Shown here piece by piece: positions 1 to 10,420 of a DNA stretch of 64,000 nucleotides. This DNA comes from a bacterium (lineage in GTDB: Bacteria > Electryoneota > Electryoneia > Electryoneales > Electryoneaceae): contig OY769902.1 of the NCBI GenBank assembly GCA_963669175.1, forward strand, positions 1,344,001 through 1,408,000, in the 5' to 3' direction. Numbering within the stretch: position 1 is the first letter of the stretch; every line of letters starts with the position of its first letter. Under the pieces are notes generated by a model that saw nothing but the letters and a program-made list of their open reading frames with translations, was not told the origin of the DNA and ran no database searches. The position numbers were made by a program, and so were the translations under genes.

Positions 1-1235
1 GCCAGCAGACGTTTGGCTTGTTCGGCAGCATGCGAAGCAAAAACGACCGCTTCCAGCAGGGAGTTGGAAGCCAGACGATTAGCGCCGTGCAGCCCGGTGC
101 AGGTAACCTCGCCTGCCGCCAGCAGACGTTCGAGGCTGGTGCGAGCTTCCATGTCCGTTATAACCCCGCCGCACTGGTAATGCGCTGCGGGAACGACCGG
201 GATGGGTTGCCTGGTGATATCGATATTATGTTCGTCTTTGAGCGTATTGTAAATCGTGGGGAAGCGTTCTTTCAGTGCTTCCGCGTCCAGGTGGGTTACA
301 TCCAGCCAGACATGTTCGATTCCCCAACGGATCAACTCGTTGTGGATAGCCCGGGCAACGATATCGCGTGGCGCCAGTTCTGCCAGTTCATGGACCTTCT
401 CCATGAATCGTTCACCACGATGATTTTTCAGGTGGCCACCGAATCCGCGAACGGCTTCCGAAATCAGGAACGATCGTCCTTTTCTGCTGTTGGCGGAATA
501 GAGGGCTGTGGGGTGGAACTGCATGAACTCGAGGTTCGCCAGTCGTGCGCCGGCCCGCCATGCCATCGCGACCCCATCACCGGTTGCGATAGATGGATTG
601 GTGGTATGCCGCCAGACCCGTCCCATGCCTCCGGTTGCCAGCAGGGTAATCCTCGCCGGAACCAGTTTGACCCGGTTATGCTCCGGATCGAACACATAGG
701 CGCCGAAACAGCGTCGGCTGGTAGGCTTGCGATGGGAGCGCTGCAAGTGACGATCTGTCACCAGGTCCACCGCGAGCGTATTCTCGATCATGGTGACGTT
801 GGGATGGTCACGCAGGGCTTCCAGCAGGGCGCGTTCCACTTCACGTCCGGTAAAATCAGCTTTATGGACGATACGGTGACGGCTGTGGCCGCCTTCACGG
901 CCCAATTCCAGTTTTCCCTGCATATCCTTGGAAAACTCAGCGCCCCAGGCCATCAGGCGTTGAATACGACCGGGCCCTTCACGCGCGACCAGCTCCACCA
1001 CTTCCGGCTTGGAAAGACCCGCGCCAGCCTTGTGGGAATCTTCCATGTGGAGGTCGATGGAATCATCATCGCCCATTGCAGCGGCAATGCCACCCTGGGC
1101 GTAGTTGGTGGCCGAGTCGGCGGACCCTTTCTTGGTCACCACCATGACCGTTCCCTTGTCCGCCAGCTCCAGTGCAAACGACAGTCCGGCAATTCCGGAG
1201 CCTATAACCAGGACGTCGTATGTCGGTTCTTTCAC
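1..1235 (-). CDS. nadB: L-aspartate oxidase (3' end runs off window)
   Basis: Manual minus-strand translation from GTG at 1235 gives YDVLVIGSGIAGL, NYAQGGIAA, LGREGGHSRHRIVH, LEFMQFHPT, AHYQCGGV and GLHGANRLASNSLLE, which are NadB motifs. Start overlaps the upstream stop (GTGA). Confidence 0.93.
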   Translation of the reverse strand, partial: MKEPTYDVLVIGSGIAGLSFALELADKGTVMVVTKKGSADSATNYAQGGIAAAMGDDDSIDLHMEDSHKAGAGLSKPEVVELVAREGPGRIQRLMAWGAEFSKDMQGKLELGREGGHSRHRIVHKADFTGREVERALLEALRDHPNVTMIENTLAVDLVTDRHLQRSHRKPTSRRCFGAYVFDPEHNRVKLVPARITLLATGGMGRVWRHTTNPSIATGDGVAMAWRAGARLANLEFMQFHPTALYSANSRKGRSFLISEAVRGFGGHLKNHRGERFMEKVHELAELAPRDIVARAIHNELIRWGIEHVWLDVTHLDAEALKERFPTIYNTLKDEHNIDITRQPIPVVPAAHYQCGGVITDMEARTSLERLLAAGEVTCTGLHGANRLASNSLLEAVVFASHAAEQAKRLL

Positions 1236-2437
1236 GTCGGCAATACCATCCGTATGACCGTTCGTTCGTGAGGACGGCTTTCCTTCACGAAGATGCGGCC
1301 GTGGTGCATCTCTTCCACAATCCGGCGGCCAAGGGACAAGCCTAATCCCCAACCACGCTTTTTCGTAGTATATCCAGGTCGGAATATGGTCTTCTGTTCA
1401 AAGGGGGCAATTCCCTTTCCCCTGTCCGCTACATCAATATACACACGTTCATCGACTTTTCCTGATTCAATTGAAATCTCGCCCTCTCCTTCCATGGCCT
1501 GGGCCGCATTCTTCATCAGGTTCTCCAGAACCCAGCCAATCAGGTCGGCCTGGATACGGGCGGTGCCACTGTCCAGATCCACGTAAGTGATCGTAATGCC
1601 ACTGCCTACACGGTGCCGCATATAGTCAACCGCAGCCTCGATAACATCAGTAACGGGAAGGTGCTTCAATTCTTCCGGGGAACCAATCTTGGAGAAACGA
1701 ATGGCGATACGTTCCAGCCGGGCGACATCCTGACGCATGCGGACAGTAACATCTCCACCCTTGTCGCCAAGCACTTCAAGCCAGCCAAGCAGGGAAGAGA
1801 TGGGCGTGCCCAACTGGTGAGCGGTTTCACGGGCCATACCCACCCAGACACTCTGTTCTTCCGCTTTCCGGATATTGCGGAAACCGATATAGCCGAGGAT
1901 GACATACAATGAGCCTACCACACTGGCAATGCCGGAAAACCAGCGGAGCAGGTTTACAATGGCAGGATCATCAAAGTGGAAATAGTCGGTGAAACCGTAA
2001 TATTCCAACGGCACCGGCTGATTGCCCTTGTCCATGTGCGCCATAATTTCCCGTACATGCTCACGCGCAGCCGCTGTGGTGTCATCCGGGGCGATACTGA
2101 TGTTCTTCCAGAATTTCGGGTTGCCATCGCTGTCCGCCAGGATCAAGGGGAAATCAATACCTTCCACCGCATCGAGGAACAGGTCCGGATTGTCACTCAG
2201 GATCAGGTTGCGGTAATACTCAACGGACAGCGACAGGTGCGAACGTGTAGACTCGCGCACATCCTGAACAAGAAGCTGTGTGGAGTATAGTAACGCAGCG
2301 GCAAGAGCCAGGCCGCCAAGGAATAGCAATCCCTTGTACAGTCCGGCACGGCGCAACTGCGCCGGTGGGCCGCTGAGTTTGGATGATGTGTTCCCGGAAC
2401 GCTGTGCGCGCCGGGTTTGTGCATCATGCCGCGTCAT
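1232..2437 (-). CDS. Membrane sensor histidine kinase (HisKA + HATPase_c)
   Basis: Two TM segments, H-box ETAHQLGTPISS, N-box ENLMKNAAQA, DRGKGI, GWGLGLSLG. Start placed at ATG 2437, overlapping the upstream stop; the ORF track starts at 2512. Confidence 0.88.
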   Translation of the reverse strand: MTRHDAQTRRAQRSGNTSSKLSGPPAQLRRAGLYKGLLFLGGLALAAALLYSTQLLVQDVRESTRSHLSLSVEYYRNLILSDNPDLFLDAVEGIDFPLILADSDGNPKFWKNISIAPDDTTAAAREHVREIMAHMDKGNQPVPLEYYGFTDYFHFDDPAIVNLLRWFSGIASVVGSLYVILGYIGFRNIRKAEEQSVWVGMARETAHQLGTPISSLLGWLEVLGDKGGDVTVRMRQDVARLERIAIRFSKIGSPEELKHLPVTDVIEAAVDYMRHRVGSGITITYVDLDSGTARIQADLIGWVLENLMKNAAQAMEGEGEISIESGKVDERVYIDVADRGKGIAPFEQKTIFRPGYTTKKRGWGLGLSLGRRIVEEMHHGRIFVKESRPHERTVIRMVLPT

Positions 2438-4916
2438 CTGCCTCCAAAGGTGTCTCCACGTGGACCGTAGCCTTGCGCCGAGCCAGGAACGGACCGCCAA
2501 TACTAAGGGCAAGAATGATCAGCCAGCCAACAACAGACAAACTTAAAGCGGCGTTCCAATGCGCGGGTTTGTAGGAGAAGATGACTTCCGACTCACCACT
2601 CGGTATCTCAATCGCCCTCATCATGCCATATGCACGCAGGATATCGGTTTTCGTTCCGTTGATCGTCGCCGTCCAGCCCGCAGAGGTATAGGAATCCAGC
2701 AATACCAGCATCGCCGGTTGATCCGATGCAACCTTGATCGTGACCTGGTTGGGGTTCCAGCCCGTGATTTCCGAAGAAGCAGTCATACTATCCACCATCG
2801 GGATGGAAGGCTGACGGTCCAGGATCAGTTTCTTGTTCGGGTCAAAATGATCCGCTGAAATTCGATCAAGCGCTTCTTCTGTTTCCGGTACGATTTCCCA
2901 CTGTCCACGCACAAAAGTGCGTTCCAGTGAGGGGATGGCGTACAGGTTACCGCCCTGGCTTCTGAAGAACGGGTTCCAGCCCTGCAAGGCTTGTTGTGAA
3001 TACAGATACTTTACATTGAAGACGTTCATAACTCCGGGCTTGGTCAGGGTCTGCTTCTCTTCCAGGTACCCGTAGCTGGCGGGTTTGGAACCTGTGTAAC
3101 CGCCCTGCAGGGCAATATGATGCGCGGCCCAGGTGTTGGTAAGGCGGGTGCGGTCCAATGGCAACAGACGTCCACGGGGAGCATCCTGCATGGTCTTGAT
3201 AATATCATCTTCCGCGAAGTAGGCGTTCACCCGGTTCATGGACTGGGGGTGCAGCAGGCGAGTTGCCATGGGAGCGAGATCGAAGATCAACATGATAGAA
3301 AGGATCAACCCGCCGACCCATACCGGGAGTTTTTTCCACACGACCAGCCAGAGGGTTACGAGGGTCAGGTGAATCAGGAGCAGGGAACGCATGACACTTT
3401 CTGCAGCCATGTCGCCCAAACGGTCACCGATCTGCGCCATACGTGGTTTAACACCTGCGACCATACCAGCCACGTTATCTGCGATCATACCCTGAAGCGC
3501 AACACCAAGCAACAGCAAAACACCCGCTGTCGCCAGGGAAATCAACAATCCTTTCGCCCATTTCCTGCGTTGTGCTTCTTCAGCGTGTTTAAGGTTGAAG
3601 ATAAACTGCAGTCCGAATCCTGCCAGCGCCAGCGCTGAAATCAACACCAGGATATGAATCATCATCGGGACACGGAATTTGTTGAAATAGGGCAGATAGT
3701 CGTAGAAGAACTGGTACAGGATCGGCCCGAAACTGCCCCAGCTTGTCATCCAGGCCAGCAAACCGGCAGCAAAGAAGGTCCAGGTTTTCCAACTGCGACG
3801 ATTGCCTACCAGTCCGATAAAGGCCAGCACGATCACCGGGGCGCCCCAATACAGCGGCATGTCGGTAAAAGGCATGTATCCCCAATAGGTCTGTCCACCG
3901 AAACCGTAAAAATCAGGGAACAGCAGGCTCCAGGATTCTTTCGGGTGATAGGACCAGTTGGTGGCGTATTCCCATGAAACACCCTTCGCGCCACGGATGG
4001 TGTCATGCGAATAGGTAAGGGTATTGAAATAGATGACACCAGTCGCAATCACCCCCAGCAGGCCGCCGACAGCCAGCACACCGGCTTCAAGGGCGATACG
4101 CTTGCCCTGCTTCGCGCGCAGGTTATGAATTACCCGGCCGACAAACCACAATCCGGCCAGCATGTATCCGTAATAGGCAACCTGGATGTGTTGGGTGAAC
4201 ATGAGCATGGTGAATGCCAAGCCCAGCAGGCCGGTGCGTCCCAGGCCGGGTTTTTCCAGTGCTCGATCCAGCGCCAGCAGCACCCAGGGAAGGAAACACA
4301 TGGCGTAGAGCTTGGAACCGTGCCCCACATCGCCCAGCACGACAAGTTGTGGACTCAACAGGAAGGCGATCCCACCGAACAACTGCACCCAGGCATTGCC
4401 GCCGAGGTGACGAATCAACCAGGCGACACCTACCGCGCCAATCAGGTGATGCAGCAGGATGAAATCTACCGGGGAACCGAAAAACAACAGCCAGCCAAGG
4501 CCGCCGTTGTAGAATCCCGGCTGTGCCGCATCACGTATAAAACCTTCGCTTACCCAGACCATCGGGTTCCACAACCAGCTCGACTGGAAGGATTCGAACA
4601 TGGCCATGCCACCGTAGAAATAAGGATTCCAGAACGGGAACACTCCCTGTTCCAGCCAATAAGCGGCAATGCGGCGCAGGCTGATAGCGCTGATCCGGTC
4701 CGGGGTTAAATTCAGCCCCATCCCTTCAAATACGCATTTTGCCCATACCCCGAGAATGATCAGGTACAATGCAAACGGAACAAGGAAGCGTGCATCGAGC
4801 AGCCACCGCCATTTGGGGGGCAGCTTATCCTTGCTCAGCAGCGGTTGTACTTCGCGTGTCTTCGGCTTTACGTCGCCCTTGGGCGCTGTGTCGCTCTGCT
4901 TTTTCTGCTTGGCCAT
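2424..4916 (-). CDS. YfhO-family polytopic membrane protein (GT-C-like)
   Basis: Many TM helices, FPFWNPYFYGGM, FNKFRVP, and C-terminal LVLLDSYTSAGWTATING...MRAIEIPSG typical of the YfhO family. Confidence 0.8.
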   Translation of the reverse strand: MAKQKKQSDTAPKGDVKPKTREVQPLLSKDKLPPKWRWLLDARFLVPFALYLIILGVWAKCVFEGMGLNLTPDRISAISLRRIAAYWLEQGVFPFWNPYFYGGMAMFESFQSSWLWNPMVWVSEGFIRDAAQPGFYNGGLGWLLFFGSPVDFILLHHLIGAVGVAWLIRHLGGNAWVQLFGGIAFLLSPQLVVLGDVGHGSKLYAMCFLPWVLLALDRALEKPGLGRTGLLGLAFTMLMFTQHIQVAYYGYMLAGLWFVGRVIHNLRAKQGKRIALEAGVLAVGGLLGVIATGVIYFNTLTYSHDTIRGAKGVSWEYATNWSYHPKESWSLLFPDFYGFGGQTYWGYMPFTDMPLYWGAPVIVLAFIGLVGNRRSWKTWTFFAAGLLAWMTSWGSFGPILYQFFYDYLPYFNKFRVPMMIHILVLISALALAGFGLQFIFNLKHAEEAQRRKWAKGLLISLATAGVLLLLGVALQGMIADNVAGMVAGVKPRMAQIGDRLGDMAAESVMRSLLLIHLTLVTLWLVVWKKLPVWVGGLILSIMLIFDLAPMATRLLHPQSMNRVNAYFAEDDIIKTMQDAPRGRLLPLDRTRLTNTWAAHHIALQGGYTGSKPASYGYLEEKQTLTKPGVMNVFNVKYLYSQQALQGWNPFFRSQGGNLYAIPSLERTFVRGQWEIVPETEEALDRISADHFDPNKKLILDRQPSIPMVDSMTASSEITGWNPNQVTIKVASDQPAMLVLLDSYTSAGWTATINGTKTDILRAYGMMRAIEIPSGESEVIFSYKPAHWNAALSLSVVGWLIILALSIGGPFLARRKATVHVETPLEADDAA

Positions 4917-4936
4917 GAGTTCTGGTGCCTGTATGG

Positions 4937-6955
4937 TTACTTGCCGTCGCTTTCAGGAATCACACGATCCAACTTATCAATATAGGTATCTGCATACGGC
5001 ACTTCCTGCACAATTTGCTCCCAGATATCCATTGCTTTTTGATAATCTCCGATTGCCCAGAGGATTTCTGCATAGTGATCCAGGCAGATCCATTCTTCCT
5101 GTATTTCTGATTCTATTTGCTGCATAATTTCCAGCGCTTGATCATACTGCCCCATTCTGAATAGAACCCAGACTTTTGTATCGAGAACGCTTGGATTATC
5201 CGGATCATTTTCCAGGCTTCGATTGACCATGCTCAGCGCAGAATTATAACTGGCAACATCCTCAATTTCCGCAATATGATACGCATAATCATTCAGTACC
5301 ACAGGGTCATCGGGAAAACGCTGATAGGCATCTTGATAGTACTCATTTGCTTTTTCGATATCTCCCAGCTTTCGGTAGCAATCTCCCACGCGCAGAACCA
5401 GTCTACTGGAATCCGGATACAACTCAAGCTCTTTCAATGTATAGGGCAGGAGTTTTTCCGTTTGGCCGGATTCCATGGCAACCCCAATCAGGTATCCCCA
5501 GATAAAATCATTCTCCATGTCGGCTTCATGTGCTTGAATCAGCAGGGAAATTGCCTCATCAACCTTCTTCATATGCAATAATGCATGGGCAATCAGGACC
5601 GGTGTGTCCGGGTTATCCGGGTTGTTAGTCTGATACGCCAGTGCAACATCATATGCCTGTTCAGTCTGCTTCATCTTGCAAAGATAATACATCGTATTGT
5701 AAGCCAGATTCCAGGAATTTGGATTTCGCGACAGGGCATGAGAATATAAGCGATATCCGGCATCCCATTTTTTACAATCGTTGATGAAAGCGCGAAACTC
5801 GTTCAAGACAACAATCTCTTCACCGGATTCAAGGGCAGTCTGATCAATATAGGTCTCAATCTCGTCCCAGCGGTCCATCTTTTCAAGCGCCATCAGTTTA
5901 ATGGCTAACATGGCAGGGCTGTCAGGATTCTCTTCCAGGAACTGCTCCGCTTTTTCGTAGGCTTTTTCATACCAGCCTGCGTCGAAATAGAAGCCCACAG
6001 CCATCATGGATATCTGTTGATCGCCACCCGTAAACACTTCCAACCTGCCAAGCAGGGAATCCCCCAATTCATATTTCTTCTCAAAAAAGGCCAGCATTAT
6101 CCTGATAATATTTGCTGCAATATAGGCATCGACTTCTTCCTGGGTGGAATATTGGCCCAGTTTGGTTTCGGTTTCATTGATATAAAGACAAACCAGGGAA
6201 TCGCCTTTGGTAAAAGATCCCTGCATAATAAGCTGAAGGCCACATCGCAAGTGGAAGTTAGACCTGGCCACCGGACTTGCAGCCAGAACCATCGCAATCT
6301 GTCCCACCGGGTTGTCATGGTCCAGTTTCGCTGCCATTTTGAAGGCGAGCAGTTCCTGGCTACGAGTGTCTCCAATAGCTTCATACACAGCGCCCAGCCC
6401 CACATAGGCAAACACATTGTCGTCATCCAGCTCGAGCGCCTTCTGGTAGCAGGTAATCGAAACGGCGGGGACGTTATAGACATAATAGATATAGGCTACA
6501 TCTAACAAAGCGTTCACTGTCAGGACGCTATCAAGTTTCACCGCGTCATCAACAAAGCCGTCCATGGGTTCTTTTTCCGGATCGATGGCACTGACCCCAT
6601 ACAGGAAGACTCGCAGGTATACGTCTCCAAGCTCATTGTCCAGGGGAACATTCAGCATCTCCGAGATCAGGTTCATCGCGGCACGAGCCTCATGCACCAT
6701 AACAGCGGTTTTTATCCAGGCGACAGTAACTTCAATGTTCTCCGGGTCTGCTTTTACCGCCTGTTTAAATAACTCTTCAGCTCGTTCCCATTTCCCCATT
6801 TCGGCGATACGTTTAGCTTCATCAACAAGGGTCTGGGCGCGGATATTCATTCTCTGGTGATCCGCTAATCCTGTCGAAACGAAAGCGAAAAGCAGAAAAC
6901 CCAGGATCACAGTGAATTTTACCGGCCGAAGCAGCAACACCCAAAACCAATCCAT
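4937..6955 (-). CDS. Tetratricopeptide-repeat protein, probably exported
   Basis: N-terminal hydrophobic segment and repeated TPR-like helices (e.g. VLNDYAYHIA, VLDTKVWVLFRMGQYDQA). SD GGGGAGG upstream. Confidence 0.8.
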   Translation of the reverse strand: MDWFWVLLLRPVKFTVILGFLLFAFVSTGLADHQRMNIRAQTLVDEAKRIAEMGKWERAEELFKQAVKADPENIEVTVAWIKTAVMVHEARAAMNLISEMLNVPLDNELGDVYLRVFLYGVSAIDPEKEPMDGFVDDAVKLDSVLTVNALLDVAYIYYVYNVPAVSITCYQKALELDDDNVFAYVGLGAVYEAIGDTRSQELLAFKMAAKLDHDNPVGQIAMVLAASPVARSNFHLRCGLQLIMQGSFTKGDSLVCLYINETETKLGQYSTQEEVDAYIAANIIRIMLAFFEKKYELGDSLLGRLEVFTGGDQQISMMAVGFYFDAGWYEKAYEKAEQFLEENPDSPAMLAIKLMALEKMDRWDEIETYIDQTALESGEEIVVLNEFRAFINDCKKWDAGYRLYSHALSRNPNSWNLAYNTMYYLCKMKQTEQAYDVALAYQTNNPDNPDTPVLIAHALLHMKKVDEAISLLIQAHEADMENDFIWGYLIGVAMESGQTEKLLPYTLKELELYPDSSRLVLRVGDCYRKLGDIEKANEYYQDAYQRFPDDPVVLNDYAYHIAEIEDVASYNSALSMVNRSLENDPDNPSVLDTKVWVLFRMGQYDQALEIMQQIESEIQEEWICLDHYAEILWAIGDYQKAMDIWEQIVQEVPYADTYIDKLDRVIPESDGK

Positions 6956-7066
6956 ACCTCCCCCTATAAAGAATATTGAATACTCAAATAAATCAACATG
7001 ATGCTAGTGGATCAAAGCAGGTGCAATGGTCCACTAAGGAGTTACCCAATCGTCTCAAGTTGTTCC

Positions 7067-7900
7067 TTATCTACCTGGAAGCGTACGCTTTTCTGTATCG
7101 CTTTCTGTCATGGTATAGAAGAAAATCGCATCGACGCCACGGTTATAAACCAGGACACGGTTCTTCCGGTCCTGCAGGCTGGTATCTTTTCGCACAGCTT
7201 CCATATCCGGATATTTTCCCAATCTTCCAAACGCCGCCACCATCTGTTCCGGCTGATGATATTTCGAAGCATACAGGTCAATGATAAAACCGAAATAGAC
7301 CGCTCCCCGGGTTTGATCCTCTGCGGCGTTGTTCAGCACATCATCAACGCCTTTCGTGATAGCATTTATCGCTCGTTGAAACAGTTTCAACCGTTCTCGT
7401 CTACGGTTGTCCATAGGTTGATCATCCCATCTGCCCAGTTGTTCCACGGGGATAAGGTATCGTACGCTTGCAAGGAAACGTGAATCGGGGTAGCGCTCGA
7501 ACTGCGGAAGCAATACATCATTGTAATAGCCCTCATCCAATCTTCCCAAAACAGCGTGCGGCCAGTGACGTCCTGCAAGATCACAATCATGATTCTCCTG
7601 CTTGATCACCATACCATAAAACTGGTTCCTGGCCAGAACATTTTCCTTGATGCCATGTCCGCCACTGAAGCCGCCGAGACGAGCCCGTCGAAGGATCACA
7701 TAGCTCATGGCTACTGATTTCTCATAGACATTCGCAGAATCCAGCGCAAAATCATTGATCTCTGACATGACACAAGCAATCATATACAATCGGTCAGATT
7801 CATCCCAGTCAATCGGCATACCATCGATGGTTGAGGTGCCAGCCCAAGCATCTGCCACCATGATGAGGTATAAAACCAGTAAGGTTTGTATCAGCTTCAT
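7067..7900 (-). CDS. Secreted hypothetical protein, possible divergent SleB/Hydrolase_2 cell-wall hydrolase
   Basis: Signal peptide MKLIQTLLVLYLIMVADAWA; motifs SE...AMSYVILRR...NQF...TRGAVYF...IFFY. SD upstream of ATG 7900. Confidence 0.55.
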   Translation of the reverse strand: MKLIQTLLVLYLIMVADAWAGTSTIDGMPIDWDESDRLYMIACVMSEINDFALDSANVYEKSVAMSYVILRRARLGGFSGGHGIKENVLARNQFYGMVIKQENHDCDLAGRHWPHAVLGRLDEGYYNDVLLPQFERYPDSRFLASVRYLIPVEQLGRWDDQPMDNRRRERLKLFQRAINAITKGVDDVLNNAAEDQTRGAVYFGFIIDLYASKYHQPEQMVAAFGRLGKYPDMEAVRKDTSLQDRKNRVLVYNRGVDAIFFYTMTESDTEKRTLPGR

Positions 7901-7979
7901 CTGTCGAATCCCCCTCCCCCAGAAGTGAACCATCCACAGGTGGTAACAGTGTAGCGATTAAAAAAGTCATGACGACTAT

Positions 7980-8238
7980 TTAGCCCGGATATTTCACGAG
8001 TATAATACAGTGAATCGTTCTATTGCCAATAATATCAATGTATAAGAATCGATTTTCGCGTATTTTATTAAGAGACAGTTTGTACCGGTTATCCTTCTGC
8101 TACGCTTTGACGCAATTTTTCACGAGCCATTCATCCCCACGAAGAGCCTGTCCCCGAAAGAAGTAGTCGGGGATGGGGATCCAGGCAAGTAGCTATAAGA
8201 CATAAAGTTACACATTAATGCAAATTCTAGGTTACCGC
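7980..8238. mobile_element. Partial copy of MITE-like element family A
   Basis: Colinear similarity to 29192-29418, starting with terminal motif TTAGCCCGGATATTTCACGAGTA. The second terminus is absent. Confidence 0.7.
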
Positions 8239-8239
8239 T

Positions 8240-8383
8240 TTTCTGCATCCGATTCAAGAAGGGGCGCCGTTTTATCAGATCGTCGCTTGAGGAGGATTGG
8301 TCAGCAGGCGAATCGGTGGCAGAGGAAATCGCACACAACAGCAACGATATGAAAATGATGAGCGCAGCTTTCAGATTAACCAT
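8240..8383 (-). pseudogene. 5' remnant of a secreted-protein gene running into the MITE-A copy
   Basis: MVNLKAALIIFISLLLCAISSA signal-peptide-like start with purine-rich SD; the frame enters repeat sequence near 8240. Confidence 0.4.
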
Positions 8384-8538
8384 TGTTTGTGTGATTTCCC
8401 CCGTTTCCTGTATCATCCTCATGACACGCTGTCTTGTTCCAGAATCGTTTGAGTTTCAGTATGCACAGATGGCCATCCACCCTTGTTTCAATGTTGAAAA
8501 AACGGGGCGAAACACTGTGGTTTGCCCCGTTGGTGTGA

Positions 8539-10293
8539 CTACATATACCCCAAATCCCTCAAGCGTTTTTCCAGTAGCTCTTTCTCTTCGTCTGTGTAGA
8601 CATCATCGGCGGTGTCAGTGTCGTCAGCCTGGTCTGAGTCGGAAAGGGAGTGGATTCCCGCCTTCGCGGGAATGACACCAGGATCCGTATTTGCCGCAGC
8701 GGAATCCTCCCGGCCAGGCATGGCCGGGCTACTGGTTGCAGCCGGGCTACTAGTGAACAGTTCCGAAGGGATCGTGCCGGTCATACCTTTTTCACGTGGC
8801 AGGCCCAGCGCTTCCAGGATCGACGGAGCCACCGCGGTGATCTCCATGTTCTCCAGGGTAATTCCGCTCGCGATAGACGGTCCCTTTGCGCCGAACACAC
8901 CATACAACGCATGCTGGCCATTGATCTCTTCACGCCAGGGTTTGTCCGGCTTCTCTTCTGTCGTGAACAATGGGCCCTGGGGATCATCCAGGGTGGTATC
9001 AACTTCGTAGATGCGGTCTGCCCATTCGATCACCAGGTCGGGGCAGTCATCCAGCTCCCTGGACAGGGGATAGGCTTCCCAGCGTGTCCAGACACGACGG
9101 ATCGGTTTACGTCCGTTGCGCGGGTCGATCAGGTGTTCCAGCTTCTCCTTGATTTCGCCGACCAGCGCCTCGTAAGTCAGGCCGTGCTCGATGGTCCCAC
9201 CGGGCTCACGTCCCTTCAGCATCAGCCGCATGACATCACATTTGCGCCAGCCGTACACACGAGTGCGTTCCGGGTCAATACGCTGCATGCCACGTACGCT
9301 CTCCACATCGGCGTACAGGTTCGGGAAAATACGGTTGACCACGTTCTTAATCTCACGTGGAACAACTTTTTTGGCAAATTTCTGTAAACGTGACGTGGTC
9401 TTGAGCAGCTTGTTCTCTTTCAGCTCACGAGTGCGCAGGTAACCCTCACTCATCAGCCAGCGGTTCAGGAAGAAGATTCCGTGAACCGCCGCGCCGCCGT
9501 GGTCGCTGCAGGTAAACACATGCGCGTCCGGCCCGGCCCATTCCACCAGTTCCCCGAAATAGGTATCCACTTCGTCGTACAGACGGTCCACCCACTTGCG
9601 CCAGCGTTTGGCATCGGGATAATGATAGGCCGGGTGCTGCGGGTCCATGTATTTCCACAAGGCGTGAAGCACACGATCCAGCGCAGTAAAGACCACCATT
9701 GCCAATTCCGGTTTGCCCTGCTCGAACAGGTGAAACGCGGCGTCACGGCGTGCGCGAAGCGTGCGGGACGTGGTTTCCAGGAACTCTTCGACGGTCTTGA
9801 ACTGCGCGGCGGTCAACTCGATCCGGTAATCGGGGACAGCTTTCAGCAGGGAGGTTTTCATCTCCGGGGGTGAGACAAACGCAGCTCCTTCTCCGGGTGT
9901 GTCCATCCCTGAAACGACGATCCCGTTCTGTACAGGTTTCGGCGGGTAGGTGATGGGCATGTTGATGCTGACCGCAGGCATCCCATGTTCGGCCGCAATA
10001 CGCCAGACATCCTTGCCTTTTTTCATGCCGCCGTGGTTGATCTCATCCTGCCAGGTGCCCGGTTTGCGCCGGAAAAACTCGAAGATGCCATGCTTCTCCG
10101 GAGGCAGGCCGGTGGCAATTGTGGACCATGCTGCGGAGGAGAGGACCGGGAAGGTGGAGCGCATTTTTCCCCATGCGCCCTCGCTACGGAATTTCGCGAT
10201 GTTCGGCAGCCCGCCTTCGGCAATACGTCTGTCGATGTAAACCGGGTCTGCAGCGTCAATTCCGATAAAAAGTACTTTTGGTTTATAGGACAT
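8539..10293 (-). CDS. Alkaline-phosphatase-superfamily (type I phosphodiesterase-like) protein
   Basis: IGIDAA, STFPVLSSAAWSTIATG..P.KHGI, CSDHG, GQHALYGVF and terminal RLRDLGYM. Confidence 0.85.
   Translation of the reverse strand: MSYKPKVLFIGIDAADPVYIDRRIAEGGLPNIAKFRSEGAWGKMRSTFPVLSSAAWSTIATGLPPEKHGIFEFFRRKPGTWQDEINHGGMKKGKDVWRIAAEHGMPAVSINMPITYPPKPVQNGIVVSGMDTPGEGAAFVSPPEMKTSLLKAVPDYRIELTAAQFKTVEEFLETTSRTLRARRDAAFHLFEQGKPELAMVVFTALDRVLHALWKYMDPQHPAYHYPDAKRWRKWVDRLYDEVDTYFGELVEWAGPDAHVFTCSDHGGAAVHGIFFLNRWLMSEGYLRTRELKENKLLKTTSRLQKFAKKVVPREIKNVVNRIFPNLYADVESVRGMQRIDPERTRVYGWRKCDVMRLMLKGREPGGTIEHGLTYEALVGEIKEKLEHLIDPRNGRKPIRRVWTRWEAYPLSRELDDCPDLVIEWADRIYEVDTTLDDPQGPLFTTEEKPDKPWREEINGQHALYGVFGAKGPSIASGITLENMEITAVAPSILEALGLPREKGMTGTIPSELFTSSPAATSSPAMPGREDSAAANTDPGVIPAKAGIHSLSDSDQADDTDTADDVYTDEEKELLEKRLRDLGYM
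8651..8751. repeat. Two REP-like palindromic elements inside the CDS
   Basis: Minus strand carries GTCATTCCCGCGAAGGCGGGAATCC (encodes VIPAKAGI) and GTAG-CCCGGCCA-TGCC-TGGCCGGG, with a second partial GTAGCCCGGC. Confidence 0.7.
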
Positions 10294-10420
10294 ATCGGTA
10301 AACGACCTTCTTTAAGCGTAAACGCAATGTGACAACCCTTAACCTGATATGGTACCGAAATCAGAGGGGAGACGCAAGGAATGGGGATGCAAGGTTGAAT
10401 TCGGCAGGAATCACACGATC

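Noticed and set aside
18-1271. 417-aa plus-strand ORF
   Set aside because: Antisense shadow of nadB, which has clear motifs on the minus strand.
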